Position numbers and translations under genes: made by a program. The notes beneath the pieces are model-generated. The model did not search any database, was not told the origin of the DNA, and saw only the letters and a list, made by a program, of their open reading frames with translations. From NCBI RefSeq assembly GCF_009914755.1, contig NC_060931.1: a stretch of 64,000 nucleotides of DNA, one strand, 5' to 3'. This document shows positions 30,467-45,453 of the stretch, in pieces. This stretch comes from the human T2T-CHM13v2.0 reference genome, Homo sapiens. The stretch's first letter is position 1. Every line of letters starts with the position of its first letter.

Positions 30467-30630
30467 GACAGGAGGCAACTTACAGCTGTTTCTACTACGG
30501 GCTTGAGTTAAGATGGGTCCTCATCCACTGCTGACCCAGCCCATCCACTGCTGACAGGAGGCAACTTAACAGCTGTTTCTACTACGGGCTTGAGTTAAGA
30601 TGGGTCTTCATCCACTGCTGACCCACCCCA
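30467..30630. repeat. About 86-bp tandem duplication
   Basis: GACAGGAGGCAACTTA...CATCCACTGCTGACCCA at 30467 and 30553. Confidence 0.9.
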
Positions 30631-31481
30631 TTAAGGGAGAAGAACAGATGGAGATTCAGGACAAGAGTCCCGGCTAGGAATGAAGATGGCCGTTGGCCTG
30701 GAACCTTCTCCACTTGAGGAAGCGAGAGGTGCAGGCCTGGATGGAGAGGAGAAATCTGCAAGGCCAGCCATCGAGATGCCTCCCAAAACCCCTACCACAT
30801 TCATCCGATCACTTTTTCAACCATCTGATCTGCCTCTGGCTGGAAACATGTTAGTCCTGGAGAACGTAAGAAAAAGAATCTTAATTGCTCAATTACGTAA
30901 TTGTGCTATACTACAAACAATTCTGAATGAATGTCAAGTTTAAATTTTTCCATCACAACTGTCATAATCCTCATTTACATTAATACTGAGTTACTGAATG
31001 CCATATATAGAAAGCAGTATGATACACATCACATGGCTTCTAACCACTATAAATTTGCAATTTAAACAGGATTTTGATGGTAAGTTACACTCCCCCCAAC
31101 AATCTAATGTTCAACTAAATCTGTCTCATATTTCTAAAGTTTCAGTCATTTTCTTCACATCTAGAAGTAAAACGTCCTTATGTTCTCTTGCATTGCTGAA
31201 AGTCTCTCAGAAAATCTCCGCAATTCTTCTCACTAGTGATCAAATCCATTCACTCACTAGAAATGGATGGAGCCTTCTCAGTTTTCCACCGCTAGAGCAC
31301 ACAGCTGAGTATATCAAATTTGTCTCCTAAGGACAATTTCCAGTGCAGAGATGTGCCCAAACTCCCTACTGCAGTCAATTCTTTCCATTTCAAAGTAAAT
31401 TATTTTGTCTCTATATCCAAATACAAACTTAAGGAACTTTATATTTAAACCAACATCCATTGTATTTGAAAAACATAATAA

Positions 31482-31788
<307 letters not shown>

Positions 31789-34138
31789 TTAGAAATAAGT
31801 AGTAACTAACCAGCAGTAACTGACCAACACTTTTTGACACCACAGATAAATGAAAAGCAAAGAAAATTTCCTATTTCAAATGGATGACTTCTGTCCATAA
31901 TTTCTCACCTAAAGAAAGTGAGAAAGTAGCCATTTCTCGAAGTGCCAGAGGCTTAATCCATGATTTCTCACACCAACCCTATGAGAGAGATCTTTACGGC
32001 CCATATCTCGCATATCCCACTGCTGACAGGACAGGTCCACTGCGTGGCCGCAGTCTTCCTGCCAGGACTGGGTCACCTTCTCAATTCCTCCACCTCAGCA
32101 GTATCATCACTCTTCTCATGACTGAGGTCAAAAATGCTAGAATCCTCTTTGCCTCTAGCCTGTCATTCTTTATGGCCTTTACTTTCTACCTGTCATGACA
32201 TCCTCTGGCTCTCAGGACGACTGTGTGATCGTCACTTTGCTGCTCTGTGGCTGAGGCTGTGCCCTGTGGCTTTATCCCGCCCACCTGCCTGGACGCGGAT
32301 GTGCAGGGACCAGGGCCGGCACCCTCAGCATTGGGCGGTGCTGGAGCTGGCTCCTTCTGTGCATCTACCTTTTCCCTAAACTCGGCTGACCCCAGCGCTC
32401 TCATGGGCACCCACCTGGACAATCCCTGGCCTTGCAGCTCTTGGACCTCCTCATCTTGGTGGCCTTCTCCCCATTTCCTCAGCCACACATTCCCAACCAC
32501 CCCCAAGACCCATGGTCAGTGGCAGGCCTGTTTTCCTCCGGGACCCAACAAGGTGACATGGAGCGGTGGGCACTGAAGCAGGCCCAAGAGCTCCTAACGG
32601 GCAGCTGCTGTTCAGTTACAAGGCACTGTCACCACCCAGGACTTGAGGAAGGCCAGCTCGGCATTTTATCAGGCATCCACCTCTCAAGCCAGAAACCCAA
32701 AGTCTTCCCTATCTATGAATCACCTATTTGAAAATCTTCTATTCTCCTCAAACCCGATGACCTTCTCTCTCTGCTCACCTTCTCCCCCACCATCTTAACT
32801 GTCTGCTGTCTAACATCTAAAGGGCATGTTTGCCTCTATCTTACTCTGGATGCCAGCCAACCGCTGTCATCATCCCAAGAACCGTGTACTACTAATACTC
32901 GCTGCTTAGGTGGAGGGGAGGGGAGACAAAGATTTTGTCTGTCCCACAGCATTTCTAAACACTACGTAAACCACTGCTATTATCATACCCAATAAAATGA
33001 TCATTGTCAACATCACCTTATACCTACGCCATACTGAATTTCCCCACTTCATCAACATCAAGCCTTTCCACTGAAAGTGGATGTGGAGAATACTGGATCC
33101 GGCTTCAGGTTGTTCCTATATGCTACAGAGCCATTTTTCTGGGACTTTGAGCTGTCATTATGAAATGAAAGTGTCCAGAACAAGGTGAAGCGGCAGACGG
33201 GGTGTCACCATCAGATGGAACAGCCCAGCTGGCTCTCAATGGTGCGGCTCCTCAGAGCCTGGCCCCAGACCCTCCTCTTGCTCTGCCCCACCTACTACAC
33301 ATTCTCACATCCGCCTCCACAGCTTCAGTCAGCCTTGTTTTCTCTGGTTCCACCACGTAGCAGACAGCCCCTGCATGGATCAGATACCTCCAACCCAACA
33401 CATCTGAAAAGAAACTTAGGTTCTTCAAACCTGCAGCTTTCCAGTGTTCCTTATCTCTGAAACAGCATCATCTTCCTTCACTCGCTCAAGCCAGAAAGCT
33501 GGATCCTCCCATTCATTTTTTTCTGTCTCAAACTCCAACTCTATGTCCTCTTAAGGGGCCTCTCTGCTTCACTCTTGCCCCTCAAAGATCCACTGTTTAC
33601 ACAGAGTGCATCTCACCCCAACTCAAAAGCCCAGTGGCTTCCTTCCAAGAAAGACCATACTCCTCACTATGGCCCTATATGGCAAGGCCCCTTTTAAATC
33701 CTTCCTAGAACTCATTCACCTTATGAAGTTCAAATTTCATTAACTTTCTTTTCTTAGAACTCAGCAAATTCATGCCATTTGGGTCTTCCTTTTGCCTGGG
33801 AACTCTGTGCCCTCAGTTCTTCACATGGCCTCTCCTTGTCATTCAACCCTGATCTAAGTCACCTCCTGCCCGAGGTCCTTCTTGACCATCTCGTCTAAAA
33901 TAGCCTCCTTCCCTTCACCTGCTATTACGGGACCCTGATTATTTTCTTTGAAACACCTTTCACCATCAACAGTCCTTTTGTTCATATTTCTCCACTTACT
34001 GTATGTCTTCTCTACCTAAATTAGTTTTCTTAGTCACAATTTTATCTCCAGTGCCCAGAAAAATGCAGAGTGGCCAATATACCACCTCAACTACCTTCTT
34101 TCTGTCTTAAATAGAAATATATGTACTTAAAACTTTTA

Positions 34139-34501
<363 letters not shown>

Positions 34502-34784
34502 TCAATAAGCTCCATGCTATATAAACTGTAACCTGAAATCAAGCCTTCCTCAACAAATGCATGAATTTGTGTTATTTATTTACTACCATGAAGTTCATTA
34601 TAAGCAAATCAGGTACAGCTGGTAAACTTCATTATTCTCTTTGCTGCCATTGCTAATTTTAAACTAAGTAAGAGTGGAAACCCTTCAACGGATAGTACTC
34701 CATCACTGACATCCTGGTTCTACTCAGCTGCTTTAAATCTTCAACTTAAAATACGCTGTTACCCTTTTTCAATGACCCTGAAAT

Positions 34785-34792
34785 ATACATAT

Positions 34793-34831
<39 letters not shown>
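34785..34831. repeat. (TA/CA)n microsatellite
   Basis: About 15 CA units. Confidence 0.95.
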
Positions 34832-34832
<1 letters not shown>

Positions 34833-34970
34833 GTAAACAGGTTCTCACACAAATACTGCTTGTAAGTTATTTGGTCTGAAAAAGCAAAACCAATAAACTA
34901 CATTGAAATAGACTGTGAAATCCAATTCTAAGATCCAATACTGACATTTTTTTCGGAAAGAGTGACTTAC

Positions 34971-35606
34971 ATGTGCTACATTTGATGGCCGGTTCATCTG
35001 CTGAATGTCAGCATTATTAGTAATATTCCTCAGTGTCCGTACAGCTGGACTCCAGGTAGCTATCATTTCTGATCTTTCAGAACTTTGGAGGTTTTGTCCA
35101 GCAGCCATTAAATTACCCCGGACCTCAGGGGGCAAAATGTTACCTGGGACGGGTGGGACATTGGCACACAAGTTAATCAACCCAGGCTCCTTTCCCTGAG
35201 GCAGCCTGCGTTTTGCTGCAGCTAACTGTGGGACTTCGGCCGGGGTCCAGTTTAAATTTCTCTCCTGTTTTTCCGGTGATGAATCTGAAGAATCATCAAA
35301 CATTAATTCCCCTTTAGATTTTTCAGTGTTGGATTTAGGTGAAAACTGCTGGTCACCTGAAGGAGACCCTTCTTGAGAGCTGGCAGGGCTTGACTTCTCA
35401 TCTGTACTACCCTCATTCTGAGAATCTTGTTCCTCATTTTCTACTTCCTCCTCCTCTTCCTCTTCCTCTTCTTCCTCTTCATAAATAATCAGACGAGGAT
35501 GATAAAATGCTTCGTCCTTTTTGGTTTTCTCTGATACGCAATCCAGAACCCAGTCAGGAGTCACAATTTTAATACTTGCTCGCTTTAAAGCACATTCGTA
35601 TTTCTC
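34971..35606 (-). CDS. PAXIP1: PAXIP1 exon 6 (636 nt; end of BRCT2, poly-E acidic tract)
   Basis: ORF 34845..35564; acceptor CCTCGTAG, donor CAT|GTAAGT. Confidence 0.97.
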
Positions 35607-37163
35607 CTACGAGGAAAGCAGAAACACACACAAAACAAAGCTGTAAATTTTATCACATTTCCTACAATTACGCATTTTAGAAAAAACTCAGTCAAGGAAT
35701 GCAGTTGAAATGTTGAGCAACTATTATTACAATTTTATACAGAAGCAACGTTTGATCTTTTAGACAGAGGACATGAGGCAAAAGTGAAAAGGAACCATAC
35801 AGCAGTGATCATAGGAAGGTCTCACACCTGTAGCAGGAGTCTTAAAAGACTTGGCTGAAAATTAACTTTTTAAAATGATATTTTAAGTACAAAAGTAGAG
35901 CTAGTAATCCTATGGAAAATTATGAAATGAATAATTGCTACCTAAGTTTTTACTGATTGATAATATTTAGAAGCTTGGTTTTCCATGACAGTTAGTAAAG
36001 TAACAGCGTGGCAGAGTGCCGCCAATGCATCACGTACACTCATGGAGCATGGCTGACTTGGCTGACTTGCATAGGACAGCTCTATTCAAGATCCAGTATT
36101 TATGGAGCTCATGCTATATGCCAAGCAGCACTAAGGGATGGAGACACAAAGGATGCAACAAGTCTCTGACCTAACAAGGCTCACAATTTGGTTCTAAAGA
36201 GATATTAAATACGGAATGCAAATACAATATAAAACCACTGCTGAATGATGCAGTAACAGACTGGAAGGGAATCTCATCAACATAAGCTGGAGGGCAGGAG
36301 GAAAGCCCCGTTGAAAGGTGAGCTTTGGCTGGGGCACAAATGATGACAATTTGCACAGTTAGAATGAAAGCAGAAAATACAGCCCACTGGAAAAGATGTG
36401 TCCGGAGTAGTATGTTCGGCAAGCTAACAGAGACCTCTCCTGTGGTAAAGGGTGTAGAATGTGGAAGGCACAGGGGAGGGAATAACAAAGAAAGAGGAAA
36501 TAAATAAAAAATGTTAAATAAGAGTAATATGACAATAAAGTAACCTTAAAATAAATGAGTTGTAAATTTGGCTGTGCTCCTAAAAGCTTAACACATAACA
36601 GCAATTCTCTAGCAAACACATAATCAGGGCCCTAAACTAAACTCCGTGTCCTGTTGCAGAGCCCCAAGGTGGCATTTGCAATTTCTGGGTGGAATAAGAG
36701 TCACACGCAATAGGGATGCGGGGCAGCAGCACAGAGAGGACAGCTGTTGGTCATTCGGTCCTGGCAGCGAACGCCAGGCATTGCCCATCTGGGAGATCCT
36801 TGCAAATAGTGAGCTCTGCACACAGCTCAGTGACTTAACTTGTGTTTGTGAGTTTGTTCTTTCTCAAACCTTTTTAAAATATAAGAAAAACCTAGTCATG
36901 GGAGACACCCATGAATAAGAAGCTAAGCAAAGGAAAATGAATGTAATCATAATCACACTGACTAGAAAGGACCACGATTAACATTTTTAGGGTATAGTTT
37001 AAATTTATTTTTGTTATAAATATATATGTACATATATTAAAAGGGCAAAGGAAAAAACATATAGTCATAGTGAACAAATACTTTATAATGTTCCTTTTTC
37101 ACTTAATATATTGTGAACAACCTCTTCCTATGAAAACATGTATACTTTTATGCTTTTGTTTTT

Positions 37164-37263
37164 AACTTTTTAATGTACATTTTCGAACACAGACCAAACT
37201 TTTTAATGTACATTTTCGAACGCAGACCAAACTTTTTAATGTACATTTTCGAACGCAGACCAA
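37164..37263. repeat. 33-bp tandem repeat, 3 copies
   Basis: AACTTTTTAATGTACATTTTCGAACRCAGACCA. Confidence 0.95.
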
Positions 37264-39538
37264 ATTAGAGACTAGTGGAATAAATCCCTTGTATCTGTCA
37301 CCCAGCTTTAATAACTGGCAATCTTTTACAAATCTTGCTTCTCCTGAACTTTGTTTACGGATCTCAAATTGATAAAGACTTTCTAAACCACCATAATTAT
37401 CATAGCAGCACAATGAACTATGATTCACCTCATCCTCAGGCCCTATTCAGATCTCCCCAGTAGTCTCAAAGGCTTTTACAGTTTCCTCTTCGGTTGCACA
37501 GCTGTGTACCTTAGTTCATCCCCCAGTGTTAGCCACGTGGTTGTTTCCAGTGTTTCACTACTATGAAAAACTGCAGTTATATTTTATGACAAATTCCTAG
37601 GTTTTGGTGTTGAGGTTTGAAAAGGAATAGATTTAAGGCTTCATATCTCTAACTACACTTCCCTTCCCAAAAAGGCTATTCCAATTACACTTCCAACAGC
37701 TATGTAAGAGTACATCAATTTACCTATACCCTCGACAATAAAATGTCTTATTCTTTACCCTAAAAAATCATGCTGTTCTTAAATATTTAAAAGCATAAAA
37801 TGTTATATAGCTCTCCCCAGATGATAAATTTCTACTAGAGATTTTCAATTTCTGGACTACCCATTCCAGAAAAACCCAAGTTATTTTAGGAAAATATGAA
37901 GTCCAGGTACACAGCAGAATATTTATGAACCAATTAATACAAAAATATCATCTGCTTGAATAACATATGACTATATGTAATATGGTTTACATATGATTTT
38001 TCCAAGTTAAAAAGATATCTGTTGAAATAGTAAAATATGAAAAAAAGTTATTTTTAATTGTTTTAACAAATACCAAAAAACAAAACAAAACTACTGCCAT
38101 GAAGAGGAGTCACTGAAAATTTTGGATATGAAAAAGATAATTTCACACTTAAAAGGCTGGGATCCAGTAGGCTCTTGAGTTCCTAGTTTGTATAGAATGC
38201 TGGCATTTCACATTTCAGAAATAACTTGACTATTTCCTGTGGAAATCTAAGTAAAACACTTAGGTAAACAGCCTTACTATATTTCACTCAAGTTTTCTCT
38301 CGCTTTTCACAAGATAGGTAGTTTTTAATCACTGAAAGACAGTAACTGTTTAAACAAAGATGATTTAAGAGGAAAGCAATGTTTAGATGCCTTTGCCTGA
38401 CCCAATTTATCAGCTAAATTATTCTAAATTTTGTATCCTCAAAACTTCTAACTCACTAAGGGCTAAGGACCTCAAGGGTCAACCATGTCCCCTCTCCCCA
38501 ACAACTAATAACCATACCCCGTTTCTGTTGGTTTTAAGTTATAAATTCTTTCATTCTTCTTAATTTGAAACTTTTAAACTTCAAGAGTATAAAAGGTAGT
38601 TTTATTAGGCCATTTGCACAAGCTTTTGCTATGTGCTCATTAAAGAAAACAAAAACATTTACTTTAAAAAGAAATGTTATTTTTGTGTACAGTCAGCTGG
38701 TCTCTAGCACTCATAAAACTTACAAATTAGAAGAAACTATTTAAATTCACCACTATTAGGTTTACAAATTTATGTCTGAATAGATTATAAAATACAATAA
38801 TTTAAAGGAATGATAAAAATTAAGTCTTTTTAAAGGGATTTAATTTTTCAAATATTTGTGGTTATTGAGTTACATAAGCCACAAACATAACATAATCGTG
38901 AATCAAGAACATAATTATATTATGTTAATTATAATGTAAATAATAATTAATATAATTAATATAACCATTTTGGTTTTATAAATAGACTATGCCAGAATAT
39001 ATGGTTCCTTCAGTTCATTTTATAGACTGGTGCTTCTCAGCCTTCAAGGGGTGAGTTAGAAAGAACCAGGGAAGAGGCGAGGTGAGGCAGGGAACACCAC
39101 GCCATAGAAGGGTGCATGGCCTACCAGGATCCAACAGGAATGAAACACTATTGCCTTAAAGACAACAGACAGACATGAGCATGAAGTCCAACTGTCAATT
39201 TCTGATCCTGTGATCTTGGCTGAAACTAACGCAGTGACACTAAAGAAGAGCTGTTACCACTCCCCGAAATTTTGGAAATTTGTGAGAGCCTATTGTATTT
39301 GTCACAAAAGCTGGCTGGAAGGAAATGGTTGAGGGAATGCTAAGTCCTAGAATGATCAAGACAATGCTGCATAGTCGAGGAATTACCCTACAAACATTCT
39401 GGTAACGTACCATCAGTCATATTAAAAAATATCTGGAGGTATGTACTTAATTTTCCAGAAAAATAAAAATAAAAATAAAAGGAATTATTTCTAGCTTATT
39501 CAAAAATTTACAAGTTAGTCAGTTTTTTTTTTAATTGA

Positions 39539-39988
<450 letters not shown>

Positions 39989-40122
39989 ATGTAATATCTT
40001 ACTACTTCATTGTCTTCTAGGGTAGTTATGCTTGAGCATTAAAAAATCCTGGATGTTTTTCATTATTAATTGCTCTCTTTCTCTTTCTTTACATGTGGGC
40101 ATTATGCCTTCTTAAAAATTAA

Positions 40123-40412
<290 letters not shown>

Positions 40413-41515
40413 TTAGGAATGGTAATGTGTACAGAACGGGGTTAGAGAAAGGAGTGGTGGGTGTCTGTGTTTCAGTTTCTTCAAGGGGACAGCAGGACTT
40501 CCTTCACTGTACGCCGCAAGCAGCACTGTACTGGCACTTAGTAAGTGCTCACTAATGGCTGCGTATTAGTGTTATTTTTATTACTGGCAGATACAAAATC
40601 TGCTTTTAACAAATATTTACCATTGCAGAAGAAACACAGTAAGCATTAAAATAGTAGTTCATTTTTCCCTATGTTGAATTAGTTCATGTAAAACTGGGAA
40701 ATTAAAATTGGAAAAGCAAAAAAAGAGTTATCTTTCTTTTCCAGTCCATAAATGAAATCAAGAATGAAGAACAAATACATTACATAAGACAATATTATAA
40801 TTCCACCATTGACTTAGATAAGATAATCTCTATATACATGCATAATACATTATATATATCACGTTTAGTATCAACTTTTAAAATATATGGAGTATTTGCT
40901 TTATCTAAATGTAATTATAGTAGCATATTTGTTGTCTTATTCACAAGCATGTTTTAGCCAAAGAAAAATGATTTAAGTGCCTCTTTGTTGGGATAAATAA
41001 AGCTCAATTAAAGTATTTATATATAGACCTTATGACTTAGATTTGTTTTTCCTTCCAAATAAAAATTTTAAAAGATTCCATTTTTAGCTATACACTTAAA
41101 AAATTAGTCTAAAGTCAATAAATACTTTAAAATATATACTCTATCCTAAAGCCCAAAGAATTACTAAGGATTTCTCATCAAAATATTTTGGAAGGGGAAA
41201 AAACGCTAAATTAAGGCACTAGAATTAAAACGTCAAATCACAATTCAAAACCGCTTTGACAAACCCACTCTGTTCACACAGTGCCTCTTAAATTGTCATT
41301 CTAAATCAGTGAAAAAAGCTAAAGGTTTCATTTCCCCTTCAAATTAACTATGTAAAAATCAAATACATTTTTGCTATAAATCAACATTAATGTAAAAAGA
41401 ACCCACTATTTTAACCAAAGCATACTGTTTATTACTTAAACTGTCATGGAAAATATGTTTTTTACTTAAATTTTAGAAGTCACATGATAAATTTTATATA
41501 ATGCTTTCTATAGAA

Positions 41516-42096
<581 letters not shown>

Positions 42097-42492
42097 TAGA
42101 AAATTTCACCACACACGTTTATAATTATACCTGATACAAGGTTCTTAAAAAAAAATGGTGACGGGAACTAAAAATACATTTTTTTAACAAATAAAAATGA
42201 ACCAAAGTTTTACTGGATTTGAAAGGAAATTCTACAGATTAATAAAATTTTCCTGTTTTCCGCATAAAATGAAGCAAAATTTCATAGTATTTAGAAGTTA
42301 TATTTGGCTTACAATTTACAATCATCTCACATCGTTTGTGGAATGAAGCTGGATATAAATAATATAAACCAATATAATCAGCTTTTGTAAATGAAATATA
42401 ATAACTAATTTAAAAGAAGCTCAAAAAAGACATGTGATTACTAGAAATTCTTAAATGACATACAAAAAGAAGGTGGCACAAGAAACGCTTAC

Positions 42493-42606
42493 CCCCTTTG
42501 GCTCTGGAACAATCAAATGCGTGCATTTCTTATTGAGGGTTAGCTGGCAATCTCCCCCATAGAACGTAACCAAAGCCCACAGGGCACTTCTGTCTTCAGA
42601 TGACAC
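42493..42606 (-). CDS. PAXIP1: PAXIP1 exon 5 (114 nt, VSSEDRS...PEPKG; BRCT2)
   Basis: ORF track 42451..42657; acceptor TGTCAG, donor GGG|GTAAGC. Confidence 0.96.
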
Positions 42607-43244
42607 CTGACAGAAAGTTAGAAAGAAGGCTTTTACCATACATTTCAATCTGTGCATGGCTATATTTTCACTTTAGTAATATACTGCAACAATTCTGTTT
42701 CTCCCTTAATAAAATTAACCTAAGAATATTTGTAGAAAAAATAGAGAAGCTTTTAGCTATCTGCTTATTATAACAAAAACTTCACTCCTATCATAATAGT
42801 TTTACATATATGAATTACTTATTTTTGCCTTGTCACCAAATGAATTTAAAAATATTTATATCCACATTCCAAAAAGTGAAATGGAGGATTATTTCAGTCT
42901 ATAACAAAAATAGTCAGGGGAAAAAAAGCAGGAAGAACTAGTATGCCATTCCAGTTTCCATTTGTGTCACTTTTGAAAATGTTTAAATACAACAGCAATA
43001 TCAAAATCGTATTTTAGGAATGCCTTTATGCTAATGGATAACAAATACTAATTATGAAATGAATAAAATAAAAATAAAGATAAAAATATGGTGGCTTGTA
43101 AGTTCAGGGGAAAATGTAAATATTACTTAACACAGGAAAGAAAGAAGGCAAGCATAAAAGGAATAATTCTTATGCTTGCTCAGTGATGAAGTAACGACTC
43201 CAGATACAATGGCTTATGCAGTCAAACAGGCTTTCACTGTAACA

Positions 43245-43480
43245 ATAGAAACAGCTACCATTTATTGCCTGCCTACTATGTGCCAGGAACTGTGCCAAGT
43301 GCTTTATCTATACAGCTAACCCTTCCAACCGCCATGTGAAACAGGAATCATCCACCCCATTTTAAACATAAGGAAACACACTAAATTACACCTAATAATT
43401 GGAAAAGCTGACTTTTAAAACCCAGGTCTGTCTACACCCAGGTCTAACTCCAAACTGGACTTTCCACTGTTCTACAGTGC
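43245..43480 (-). mobile_element. MIR
   Basis: tttattg..cctactatgtgccagg...cccattttaaacataaggaaac. Confidence 0.65.
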
Positions 43481-45290
43481 TTCTCTAAGGGCAGTTACTG
43501 CTGGGAAAGTCAAAAATAATTTCTAAAAAAAATGAAATTTTAGAGTCTGAAAAGCAAAAGAACATTTAAGAAAAATAAAAATATAAGCATTAATTCTAAG
43601 ATAATCATTTAACCGAGTAAATTTTTTCTGGATAAATTTATTGTAAGTTGAGGATTATAGTTGTTGAAGAATCCTGAACTTTGTCTCGTTAATTTTTTAA
43701 AAGTATTGATAATAGCATGTTAATCTCTTTTTAACTGCCAGTATGCAGCTTGCCAATAATCTAGCATTGTTCATCTACTCTCATCCATTTTACAAACATT
43801 TCTAGAAATTATTCTGTATTACACACTATTCTATGAATATTAACAAGAACATGTTAGCTTTCTAAAAAACACTTTTCAAATCATTATTTTATAACTTGTT
43901 AATTTAGTAAGTCAATGTCACATTTCAGAAGACTGGACCAGGTTATTTTTATTAGAGGCTTTCACAAAAACATTTATATCCTGCAGCATTGGAGAGTTGA
44001 GATTTAATTATATGATAATACAGATTAATCCAATGAGTCATTATCTAATCTTTATTAAAAATGAAATTAAAAAACAATCTAGATATGCCTTTATTACCAA
44101 GATTTGCCTATCTGTTCAGTTAAGTATTATTTTATTTTACTGACTGCAGTAAATCTAGTCCTATACCCTATTTGGCCTGTGTCACAGGCGTAGACCTCAA
44201 CAGGGTGCAGGAGATTGCTGTGGAAAGAACATCAGCTAGGGAGGAATGGAGGAGACCTGGCATTAATACGACGCCTCCAATAACTCGCTTATGTCAACTT
44301 GGAAAACTTCCATGACCCAGATTCTTCACTGATGTACGTTTGGATTAAATGACTTTGAACATCCATACCAGCTCATTTAATGAATCTCCACCAGCGTAAT
44401 TAAGAATGCTCTTTCCACACCAAAATGTTAACAATAGTTACTTAGTGGTGATAGGATTATGGGGACATTTTTATTTTCATTTTTATACTTTTCTGTATTT
44501 TCCAAATTTTCAAAAGCATTAATTTTATAATTGGGGAAAAGTGCTTTTCTTTTTTAAAAACCATCTTTCCAAAATACCAATGTTATCATGTTGGCTAATA
44601 ATGTCTCCTCAGTGCTGCAAGGCTAAAATCCAAAGGCTCCCCCATAGTGTCCAGGCCCTTCCTGTCTGGCTGCTCCTAACCACCTCCTCCTGCCCATGAG
44701 CACTGCCCCCACGTGCACCTGCCGTCCTCACCACGTTCTGCTTTCCTGTGCCCCGCTGCGCCCACCCTCCGACCTCCTCCTCTAAGACTCAGCTCAGGTG
44801 GCATTACCACTGTACTCCCACAGCAAGCTGGACAGAAATCTAAATACTTCTCACACTCTACAACTATCTGCTTGCTTATCTGTCCTCCCAGCTATACTCC
44901 AAAGCAACCAGGAGCAGAGGACTAGAATTTCAAGTCTGTGCCCCCAGGAATAAAAGCTTTCCTTTAAACCAATCAGGAACACTCTCCCTTTTCCTTCTTC
45001 AGGCCTCACCACCCCCAATAAGACACTCCTTGATTCTAGCTTACAGGATTTTCTCCTTGTCCAGTCTTGACTATGAACTCTAACACTCCTTCTTAAAGAG
45101 TCTTACATGATGTCCTAAACTTCTCTGAGATCTTTCACAGCACCTAGTACAGTGCAAGGCACATGGGTAGGCAGTCAAGAAATACTGTTGATTGAGATAC
45201 AGAATGGAAAGGACTTTTTAGTCTTCTAGATTCAAATCATGACCTAGCCAGGCTCTCCATTACACTCTTGACCTATTCCCCAAAACCTAC

Positions 45291-45453
45291 CCAGCACATT
45301 ACAACAGAGGCCTCAGCCTGCATCAATACCGGGTCAGAAGAAGGCAGATGATCTCTGTGCTTCCCAACTTCTGCTGGACAAGCTCCCTTCCCTACCTCTC
45401 CCTGGGAGAGCTCTGGAAGACTCCAACAAAGAGCTCCAGCTTGTATCAACACC
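45291..45453 (-). other. Candidate alternative cassette exon in intron 4 (163 nt, contains PTC)
   Basis: Acceptor TTTTCCCCGTCAG, donor TGG|GTAGGT; in-frame TGA at 45336-45334. Confidence 0.6.
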
